From assembly GCA_023213395.1 (NCBI GenBank), contig CM041465.1, positions 213,039,741-213,103,740 of the forward strand: a stretch of DNA of 64,000 bases, read 5' to 3'. Within the stretch, counting starts at the first letter, position 1. Each line of letters opens with the position of its first letter. This DNA is from Cycas panzhihuaensis. Its lineage: Eukaryota > Plantae > Cycadophyta. Shown one piece after another: positions 15,450 through 26,873 of this stretch. Below the pieces are notes generated by a model. It was not told the DNA's origin, did not search any database, and saw only the letters and a program-made list of their open reading frames with translations. The translations under genes and the position numbers were made by a program.

Positions 15450-17274
15450 ATCACTATGAAAAATTACCCTTTTGAAATATGAACACTTGAAAGGTAAAGA
15501 GATTGGAACAAAAGGACTTCATAAATGTAGGCAAAGATTAAGTGAGATTAAGATAGAAATATAAACATATCATGATATAGGTGCAATAGATACTATATAA
15601 AAAGAAATAGATTGGTTAGATGAAATTAAAGAATATTATAAACATAGAGTAGAATGAAAAGCTAAAAGAATACTTGAATTGAATTCCAAATTCTAAGAAA
15701 CATTACTTATTTAGGAAGAAGATGAAATAAACAAATAAAAAACTAAGCTAAAGAAGGAATGTTATAGCATGAATCCCTTTAAATTTTGGTATAAGGATAT
15801 GTTCAAGGCATGAATTGAATAATCTTAGGGAAAAATTACATATGAGAAGCCAATTCTTATTCCATTAAAGGATAGGAAAGATATGGATGAGTAAATAAAA
15901 GAAATCTAATAATTATAATTAATTAGAGAAAGCAAGTCCTCCTTTTATTGCTTAATCTTTATAGTTAATAGACATTTAGAGCAAGCTAGGGACAAAAGCA
16001 AATATTGATTAATTATAAGAAGTTAAATGAAATAACTAAGTCATTCAATTATCCCATTCCATATAAATATTAGTTTATTTAGTAAATTATAAGGTGTAAA
16101 GTGTTCTCTAAGTTTGATTGCAAATTAGGTTTCTACCAAATATAAATAAAAGAAGAAGACAAGTACAAGACTATATTCTCAATTACTAAGGCATAGTATG
16201 GATGAAATGTGATGTTATTTAGATTGTGAAATACACCAACATTCTTCTACAGGTGAATGGATAATATACTTAGTACATATTATACTTTTATTCTTATTTA
16301 TATTGATGATATCTTAATTTTTAATAGATCTTTTAATTACTATTTAAAGCATTTGGAGATTTTATATAATCTTATGTATACACATGGGATTTGCCTCTCT
16401 AACAAAAAATAAAAATAAAAAAGGAAGCAAGTTCAATAATCTAGTATAGAATACTTGGTTCTACATATCCATAAGGGAAAAGTAGCCTTGTAACCCTATG
16501 TATTTCAATTCATAGAAAAAATCCTAGATAAAATCACAAATAAGAAATAACTATAATGATTTCTTGTCTATTTGAATTATCTTAATCTATTTTATAAAAA
16601 TGTTATTGTAGATGGATAAATTTTGCAAAGTCAACATAGAAAAAATTGCAGAACTATGTGGGGAGATATTCATAGTAACACAATTAAAAGAACTAAATAG
16701 AAGTATAAGATTATACCTCCCCCAAAGCATACCAAATGGAAAGTGGAAGTTAATTTTATAGATGGATGTATTTGGTACTTATTCAATAGTAGTCCTATTC
16801 CAAGATAATAAAGGACATGAAGATTTATATGGATATAGGTTATGGAAATTTACTCAATCAAAATAAAATTACTATGTTAGTGAAAAATAAATTGTAATAA
16901 TTAAAAGAGGAATTAGTAAATTAGAGATTTATTTAGACCAATAATTTTATTAGTGCATGCTAATAATAAAAAATTCAAAGAAAAAAATAAATAAATAATA
17001 GGTTAGGAGTAGGCTATGAAAATGGAAAATATAGTTCCAAAATTATGATTTTGAGGTAGAACAAATATTGGGTAAATAGAATACCTTGGTAGATGCTTTA
17101 ATAAGAGACATAGAAATATATAGAGCCCTCATCGAAAGTGAGCTTGATGAATTTGTATTTTTACATGAAGAATCAAAGACTTTTCTAGTAATTCAAGTAT
17201 CTTTTATTGGCTCATTCATGTCTTTATTCAAGGAGTATGGAACCTCATCCATATGTTCAAATTATAGTTCTTGA
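15450..17274 (+). pseudogene. Endogenous caulimovirid (plant pararetrovirus) RT-RNase H relic
   Basis: Manual translation: ECYSMNPFKFWYKD (~15757-15800), IVNRHLEQARDKSK/LINYKKLN (15961-16030), KVFSKFDCKLGFYQI (~16098-16142), YIDD at 16299-16310, HGICLSNKK, RNase H end YDFEVEQILGK*NTLVDALIR (17044-17106). No integrase follows. Many deamination stops. Left boundary approximate. Confidence 0.85.
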
Positions 17275-18206
17275 ATCTCTTTAGTATTATCTCTTATTTT
17301 ATAATGAAGTTGTTCATGAGATCTTCCTTCCGCATTTGTGCTACTTCTTAGGTTTTGTAATGTTTTCTCCTAGGTTCTACATCATCTCTTTATTGTGTAC
17401 AACCTATGTTTTGGGATTGAAATAAATAATTAGTTATCAGCCATAGTTGTATCAATATGTCTTATAGTTCTTCATTCAAACTTAGACCTTGGATGGTATA
17501 TGCCACTATTTGTAAGATTGTTTTCCTCAAATGGTTATTGATTTATACAAATTTTTATACTTGTTCTACATGTTCTACTCTATCTAAGGTGAAAATTTAT
17601 GCTTAAAATACAACATTAATTAGATTGATATAACCTCGATGACCACCCATATGTGGTGGACGCCCTAGATGTTTACTATCTTGGTATGATTTTGAGGTTA
17701 CAATATTTTTTATTTGGGGATCTTAAGTTATGTAAGTTAGCAATTTTAGAGTTCAGTTATGGAGACTTTATAAGAGGGGCCTATGAACAATAAGCTTGAA
17801 AGGAATGTTTCTTATGCTCCCCTTATGACAATGTGAAGGCAAATCTTAAGTATAGGAATACTAAGAAAATAATGATAAACTATTATAGAAAATAAAAGTG
17901 GTGAATGAAATAAAGAGATGTCGATGAATTAGTAGATAATAACAATGTATTCATACAAGTAAGAAGTGATTACTACTAAAAAGAACTAACTACTAACAAG
18001 TAACCAATGATAAATAATAAGAAATAAGAAGTTAAGTAACTAATAAATAAAGTGACTGGCTAGAATAGATTAGAATTGCTCATAAGATAAGTAACTAACT
18101 AAAAAGGAAATTAAGTTGGATGATAAAGCAACTTGATAAGGGAGTTAACAAACAATACATAAGGAAGACAACTAATAGGTAAATTAAAAAGAATTTATGA
18201 ATAAAT

Positions 18207-21200
18207 TTTTATAGTGATATTATACCACTTAGATGACTAATGTAAATGTGACAATATATTGTGTGAATAATTATGATGTATTATTGGGCCAATAGATGTA
18301 ATCTAAATATTATTATTTGAGGCATTTGTGGATCTATAAATAAGGATCCAAAGTCTATTATAATGAATAATAGATTTGTAAAAATATAATTTTATATTTT
18401 TGTGGCAGGGTTTTTTTAAAAAGATTTCCCATATCAAATCTATTATCCCCATGTGCTTGTTCTGTTCGAGTCTATTGTGTACATAAATGAAAAAATCCTA
18501 GAATCTTGTCTCTTTGTTTGGTGTTTTCTAACATGGTATCAAAGTAGACGATCATGCATAAATAGATAAATATTAGATGGATTATTTGATCATTGGTTAG
18601 CTAGGTAGTGCTAACTCACCCTTCAAGGATCATCTTATTTAACAATCAAAAGAGAAGCTATAGAGGTGTAATGATCATGTATAGATTCTTGTGCCTTCTA
18701 TTATCTATTTTGTAAGGATTCAATGGTCTTGAAAGGCGTGTAGAGGAGTAAAAGATGTTATTTTATTTTGTGTAAGTATTTGGGTGTGAAGCGAAGGTAA
18801 GTACCCCCTATTTTTGAATGTGTAGCCCCTAGTTACTTAGTTGCCAGTCGCTGATGTCTATTTTAAATCTATAAAAATTACAAGATCTGTTTACTTGATA
18901 TTGCCACTAAGGTTTTAATGAATAAAAATTGTTTCCATACTAGTCATATATAATTGCAAAAGATGCAATACAAGTGAGCCACAAATGAAGTATTTCCAGG
19001 TCCTTGTGGCTTATAGAAGATGCAAAGTCAAGTCTCCTAGTATATAGTATCACACAGCTATAGGAGAGACATAAGCTAGTCATTGGTTTCAAACACAGGT
19101 TGTCATGTATTATTATAGCTTTAGTAAGATGCAAAAGGCCCTTCATTAATTATAAAGATATGAAAGAGATAGAATACATATTGTTGCATTGAAAAATATA
19201 GGATATACTATGATACACTAGAATATAGTGGTAGTCATTTGGAGTTTTGCTTTCACTGCAGTATGAGCCAAGACGTATGGACATTAAGTGTGGCATTAAT
19301 CAGCCCTCCCCCATTGATATATTTAAGGATGCAGACTTTGCATTCAAGCCACATGGAAGAATAATATTTATAGGTCTTTACATATATTACAACTAAATGA
19401 AGGTATCTTTATTATTCTTTATATCATCATTTGATAAAATTATATCACCTACAGTATATTGCCCTTTGATATTTAAGATCACCATGATGAATCTCATTAT
19501 GATTTGATTAAATATAATTGCCCATGCATAATACATATATTGCAATACCTCTAGTCCGGTTATTGAATGACACATATTTTTATGGTAGCAATAATATACA
19601 TCTGTTCACCTCTGTTACATTATAGTCACCTAAATAATATTCATTTTGGCATATCTGTATAGTTGTTAGGTGCTTAATATACACTCTGCATAAGTCACCC
19701 ATGCATGATATTTGATGAACGATTGTCTTTGTTGACTCAATTCAACTTTGATAAATCAATAGTAATGTGTGGCCAATGCATTTTAATATTTGATGTCACT
19801 TTTGTTAAAGCTTTAATTATGCACCTTCTTTATCATTTTGCATAGTTGGTCAATTTAATAATCTTTTAATTATAAAGTATTTGGTGACACAATTATATAA
19901 AGAGGAAAGTGGCATGAATAAGATGATAATCTTTTGATATTGAAATGAGTAGACTGGATAGTGCTATTTTGAGTATAATATTGCATGAAAAGGTGGATTC
20001 ATAATACATTTTTTATCGCTAAAAGGGGTTATTTTAGATGATGATGTATGCATGAGTAATTTAGGTAAAAAAATAAAGGTGATGGTATACCCTTGTTGCA
20101 TGTGATTACATGAGAGAGTTTGTTGGGTAAGTTATTAATGGTAGTGGTTTTCACTAATTGATACAGGGTGTGATTAATGGGCAAGCTATCAATGTTAGTG
20201 TGTGTTCATTGATTGATAGAAAGGGCATCATGTATGGAGATACTAAGCTATAGGGCAAGGAAATAGTGTTTTGATCATTACATTTATTATTACAAGGTGT
20301 GATTTATTTATTATAAAGTAGCACTTTATTCATTTATATTAGTGTTTTTACATCAAATATATGAGGTAAAGTGGTTCAAAATTGTTGTTTATTAGCTTGT
20401 TTATATAATTAGTTATTAGTTCATGGTGGAATATTATACTTTAGGTGGTTGAATAGATAGTGGCATGGGGTATATATCTTGTAAAAGATGTTTGTTCAAT
20501 GTTTGTGTATATCTGAATAAGTCTAATATAGAAAAGATAGTATGTTTATGATGAAAATTGAAGTGTTAATAGAAAGGTATATGATAAGAATGCTTTAAAT
20601 TTAGTTCTACCTTTATCATGGTATCAAATAGGAGTTGGTTATCCCATTTACCCCATATAAGTTTGTGTTGCAGAAAGAAGAATGGTACCATGATGGTGAT
20701 ATAAAGGTGTATAGTGCATGGTAAGAATTTACCTCCTATGTTTTTAGGCAAAAGTTATTACATTAGTTATTTATTAGGATATCTACTAAGGTTGTTCATG
20801 GCATTACCCCCTTGAGTTGTATTATACTAGTTAGAAACATTCCATTGATTATTTACATGCATTGATTACACACATCTTAGATGTAGATTATGGTTATGAG
20901 ATTACAAGAGCTTGTTGTATATTTGTATGAGGTTTGTGTTTAAAACAAAGCTTATAAACTATATGATTCATAAGGGGAATAGCATTATGATTAGTATGGA
21001 TGTTAAATTAGATGAGTAAATGTTGTATCATGTTAAAGTATCATCTAAAAATAGGTTTTATCCTTCATTTATTTCCTTTTTGAGTCGTGGTTTAACAAGC
21101 GTAGAGGTTGCTATACCTAACATTATGTTTGAAATGGAAGTAGGAGCTAGTTGGAGTGATGATGGGGAGACATTACAAGAAGATACATGGATTGTAACCT

Positions 21201-22298
21201 ATATTTCATTATGGGTTGGGAGGACCATTAAGGACTCCAATGTGATTATTGAAGACCTAGAGGATGGATGAAGAATAAGGATTAGCATGCCAGTCAAACT
21301 TGTGATAGATATAAATAATTCTAGTGAGAAGAAATTCATAATGGAGAGTTGTAATGGAGGGGTGATATGTGGGATTTTGTTCCCTTACCTCCCTTAAAGA
21401 ACCTAGTCAGTTACAAGTTGGCAAGACTTATTATACAAGATTATATAAAGAAGAAATTAGTTATGAGGAGATATTTGCACTAGCCTCTATGATGTTAACA
21501 GTTTAATTGATCCTTACTTTAGCAACTACATATAGTTGGGAGTCATATCAAATGAACGTTATATCAACATTCCTTAACAGAGACTTGAAGAGGATATCTT
21601 CATGCATTAAGTGGTTTAACCTCTTAGTTTAATAAAGAAAAAAGGCTAAGCACCATGGACTAAGTATTGATGCAAAGAAAGGTATATGGTTATAAGAACT
21701 ATTGGAGTTACTTCCAAAAAATCATGCACATACAAGGCATAGCACCATTACATCTAAGAGCATATCAGAATAAGGAAGATATAGGTTGATTTTTGTCTAA
21801 GTTAAGATCAACTTGAGGATGTATTCACCAAGCTCTTACGAAAGATCACTTCATCAAGATCCACACAAATTTGGGATTTAGTAAGGTTATCCTTGAGGGG
21901 GGATTTATTGACAAGGATAAAAGAGAGTCCAACCCTTAGGAAGACTTCAAGGCCCCACATTTACATTAAGAGGGTATGTTAGAGTGATATTATATCACTT
22001 AGCTAACTAATATAAATGTGGCAATATATTGTATGAATAATTATGAGGTATTATTAGGCCGACGAATGTAATCAAAATATTATTATTCAAGGCACTTATG
22101 GATCTATAAATAAGTATCCAAAGTCCATTGTAATAAATGATAGATTTATAAAAATATAATTTTATATTTCTGTGGTGGGTTTTTTCTGAAAGGGTTTCCT
22201 ACATCAAATCTATTATCCTTATGTGCTTATTATATTTGAGTCTATTATGTACATAAATGATCCTAGAATCCTATCTATTTATTTGGTGTTTTCTAACA
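18207..22298 (+). mobile_element. Non-autonomous Copia deletion derivative lacking RT (family copy B, inverted relative to copy A)
   Basis: LTRs ~18207-18533 and 21977-22298, homologous to the LTRs of 8795-12540; PBS TGGTATCAAAG 18534-18544; PPT AAGAGGGTA before 21977; integrase relic (AERK.GTMM ~20670) and RNase H tip (DQLEDVFTK ~21806-21832). TSD degenerate (AAATT/AAACT). Confidence 0.88.
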
Positions 22299-25141
22299 AA
22301 ACTAATAAAATAAATAAATAATCTGGATTGATTATTGATGGTCAAATAACTAACAAGATAGTCTAATTAGTAGCTAACAAATAAAGTAAGAGATGATAAA
22401 TAATTAATAATTAAAGGGGAGGTGATAAATAGATTTAGGGAAGAATGAAAAATTAAAAAGGTAATACATTTAAGAATATTCTAAAATTAATAAAGTAGAA
22501 AAGTACTTGAGGTAGCTTACCTTATATGACTTTAATGGGAAATGCATCTACTATGTATAAAATGCTTATGATTGATTAAGGCCTTTAGCACTTACTATGT
22601 CCCAGACTTTGACTTACTATGAGTGAAGGATCTCTACATTTAGGTGAAATTGGGCCACATCCATATGTCAAAATTTTAGATATAGAATAAAATTTGGTTG
22701 GTTTAAATAAATGGTGGTAACTTGGCTTGGTGATATACAAACATATGCTTTTCTTACTACTATTAATCATCTGCCCTTACCATTATTATGATGTTAAGTC
22801 ATCTACCTTTTTGGTCGATTGTTTTCCCTTTTGGTTGTTGGGTGTAATACCCAATTACATATCTATCCCCATTTACTCTCTCTCTACATTATTTTGCATT
22901 TTAAATTTGAGGTCTCATTGAATTGTATACCACATAAAAATATGTGCAAGCTTATAATAAGTTTACCATTGAGGGTTCTTATATATGTGCTGAGTTATAC
23001 CATAAATATATATATCATCTTCTTTCTAGTTTGAAGTTTGGTCATTCTTTTATTTCATTATGTTAACATATACATGCTTCATTATTATTGTGCCTTATTA
23101 TTTATTCATTCACTCCCCTAATTTTATCTATATTTATCATAGTTGATTTACATTCTTGAATGATATCAAAGCACCATGATTTATTTTTAACATTTGGTAT
23201 CGAAGCCCAAGGTTCAAATCCTTGAGGGCAACATTTTAGAGCCTATTTCGTTCATTTTTTATAGCCATTTGAATGTTGTTTAAGGAACCTATTATGTGTA
23301 TGATTAGTGACCTAGTTTTTTCATTTGAAAGAGTTTTTCAAGATATTTAAAGTTGTATTATATTGTACTTTATGCATATTTCTAGGACTATTGTTTATTG
23401 TTATTTGATATATATTTGGGACTATTTTATCACTATTTTTTAGTAAGATTAAGGAGTTGTTTTGATGCTATTTTAAAGGCTATTTAAAGCTTATTTGAAG
23501 TTGCTAAAAGGCTACTTAAGTTTTATTTTAAAGTAGTTTGAATTTGTTAAAAGGAACTATCTTGATACTATAGATATGCACTTTTATAGCAAAAAATAAT
23601 AGATTTTATGCTATATTTAATGACTATTCTTTGAGCATATGGGCTCATAATAATTTTATATGTAGGTGCTTTATAAAGGTCACAAATATAATAATTTTTT
23701 AAGCAAGAAATGGAGAACATTTTAGTTGGTATATGGCAACTTCCATGCATGTTAATAGGCAAAATATAGAGCAGTTGCATATAACAATTGAAGTAGGCAT
23801 TTTTTGAGCATTAAGAGGTCAAAAACAACTCCCTGTTGATTAAAAATATTTGTATACTTGTTTGTACTTGAAGTTGTGAGTTTTATATTTCTAAAAGGTT
23901 TTAAAGATGAAGAAAATATAATGTTTCAATGGTTACCATAATGTGTTTTGCATCAGCTCCTATTAATCCCTGTAAGATTAATATCAAAAGTGAAATTTGA
24001 TACAAATGTATGGCTGAAGAGATAAAAAATCTACCTCTAGAAATATAGTTTAAGGTCTTCTTAAAGGAAATGAAAGGAATCCATATATATTATTTTTTTT
24101 TTTATTTAAAGAAATATCTAAAAAAGAGAAAATATAGGAATGTTATTCTTGCCTTGAACTTTGTAATGAAGATGGTTGTATTTGGTGTTTAGAATATATA
24201 TAAAAGTAAATAATGAAAGCACATAAAAGTAGTAATAGTATCATATGGTCCAACCTAGTGGATAAGAAAAATGTAAAGTCTCACTTAACAGAGCCCAAAT
24301 AGAGTTGAGATGAAAGAAGAAAATGAGTCATGTATTGGGTGGCTCCATCATAAGAGACTGGTTAATAGGATATTACTATTACATAAAGGTGATATGATGT
24401 ACATGCCATAAGAAAACTAATGCATATAAACATGAGGGCTTACATAACCCTCCAATTCAAATCATCCTTCTACCTATGCCTACCATGACACTAATATAGC
24501 AAGGTCTACTAATAATACTAGGGAACATAGCTCTGAGAGCATGGAAAAAATGAAAACAAAGTAGGCAGTTGCTAAGACTTATCTTTAGTAAACATGATGT
24601 GAAAAGAATGAAGCAAGGCTAAGGAGAATTGAACCTAGCATTCCCTATTCCTTCTCCACACAATAATGCCACATCTTCTCTCCCTTTAGAATGGAGTTTA
24701 CAAGCATAACAACAACTATTATATTCTTGTTCATCATATACGTTCATGAATTCTTGTGTTGCTTAAGAAATAATTCTCCATTCAATTACTCTTTCTTACC
24801 AACCCACCCAACTACTATCCATATCTTATAGTGATTACAAAACTAGTAATTGGTGGCTTCAATAAGGTTATGTTAGTAACTAGAAGGAATGCCCATCTTT
24901 ATTTTCTAAAAGTTCTCATTGGAATCTAGTAGAAGTTATACCCAAATACTGCATTTACAGATAGGAAGAAGTCATTGGATTAAGATGCCTATAAATACAT
25001 CATCACAAGAATGTAATTAATGTAGTTACTTGATGCCACAACCATGACTATTTATACCATCACCATAATTTTCTTCATTGCCATAAACTTGTAATAAATT
25101 CATAGCAAAAAAATAAAATAAAACAACCGTATCTTTATTTT

Positions 25142-26090
25142 TGACATATCAATTTTCATAATAAAAGAATTTTAAAGTTTAATTTTAATAATTCTATTTA
25201 ATAATTGATTTAAATCTACATATGTAAAATTCTTTAAGGCAAATTAGAATTTTTTTTACATATTTAAAAATGAAATTAATTAGATGTCATAATTTCTAAA
25301 TCCCACCCAACCCCCTTTATATTTAGCCCTTGGTCATATAGGACAACCACATGACCTCTTACAAACTAGTAAAAGGGGTTAAGCCCCCATTTTTTAATTT
25401 TTAAGGAATCCTTGTTATTTTGCTCATAACTTGAGCTAGGAGACTTCATTTTTAGTCTTGTTAGTTGTGTTGGGTTTGTAACTAAGATAGCTCCATTTTG
25501 GCTAGTCATTTGATATTATTTGGAGCTTATTTGATGCAAATATTTTAGATTAAAATCAAAAGTTTTATTTTAATTTTATTTTTCATAAATTTTTTCAGCA
25601 TTTTTAGGCACATATATGTATTTTTTAAGGTTCCATATAATTTGTTATATATTTTATTAACTAATGTACCCCAAATAATGAGGTAACATGTATGATTTAT
25701 CATAAAGACCCATTATAGGTTTAGAGAACCTATACTTGTTAAAAAAACATTAAAATTTATCATTTAAGAGACTTGTTTACATTGTATTTGAGTTACATCT
25801 AGCTCTTTAGTCATGTTTATAAAATTATTTACTAGATATTTTAGTCCATATAGATCATTGTAAGCCTATGGTAGGATGATTTTAACCTATAGAGGCATGA
25901 TTTGGAGCCCATAGCGATAAAGTTTAGATAAGACTTTAAAGCCATTTATGTTTTACCATTATGACCAAAGAAGCTACTTGTATTATCCTATATAAGCAAG
26001 GGGTGGGATCCCTTTTTAGTTACTCTTGTATATTGTACTTCAACTTACTTAATTAGCCACATAAGAATGTGTGTTTATAAGGTGGAGTCA
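25142..26090 (+). mobile_element. Probable solo LTR (~950 bp)
   Basis: TGAC...GTCA termini, flanks ATTTT/ATTGT (1 mismatch), TATA-like CCTATATAAG near 25987. Confidence 0.4.
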
Positions 26091-26319
26091 ATTGTACTAC
26101 ATATATAAAGGAACATCCTAGTTAACTGATGATCACAATAGTTAGTTACTTATATGGTTTGATGGATGCAGTTCACTTTATATGGACATCAATAATATAT
26201 TATCTTATTATAACAACTTATGTTCCAGCACTCATTTGAGGACTAAGATTCATATATTTAATGTGATATTTTACTTTATATAATTATCTATTAGAGGGGG
26301 GAATGTTGGGTGTAATACA

Positions 26320-26873
26320 TGTTGGATATGTTGAACACTTTACAAGTGTTACATATGTATAAAGAGGTTAAAATTTTGGTCTTACTTTAGCATAATTTTC
26401 CCCTCTAACTCCCTGCGAGGGGATCTAAGGGAGGTGGTAGCCTCCTTTGATGGGGTTGGGGGGGGGGGGGACGCATGATGTCTCCCCTCCCCCTCTCCCC
26501 CTCTACAAGTAGGGGTTTAGGAGTGGTAGGCCTCAAAGTAAATTTTAGAGTTCAAATAGAAAAGAGAATTATAGTCATTCATCATAAAGACCCTAGATCT
26601 AATGGTTAAGATCTTGTACCTACTTATGACATTTTTTATATAACCAAAATTGGGTAATTCTTTGTACAGTGTACAAAGTGGATGAGTTAATGATGTGAGT
26701 TAGGGTTTCATCTATGTAATTCTTTAGCTTTTACTCGGATTAATAAAAGGTCTATGCTTAGATCTAAATCTCCTACTGCTCGTTATTATGTACTTGATTT
26801 ATTTATGTCATTTATTCTTTATATGGTTAAAAATTCTATTAATATCGCTTTCATGATTGCATTTTACTCTTCA
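26320..26873. mobile_element. Solo LTR (554 bp) inserted in the 3' LTR of element 22836-27187
   Basis: TG...CA termini; TSD ATACA/ATACC; removing it restores TGTTGGGTGTAATACC.AATTACAT as in the 5' LTR. Confidence 0.8.

Noticed and set aside
15750-17110. Interpretation as another Ty3/Gypsy pol
   Set aside because: The motifs are caulimovirid-type and no integrase, PPT or LTR follows the RNase H.
23195-23225. GGTTCAAATCC B-box-like motif suggesting a tRNA or SINE
   Set aside because: It directly continues a PBS (complement of the tRNA 3' end and T-arm); no A box or cloverleaf seen.
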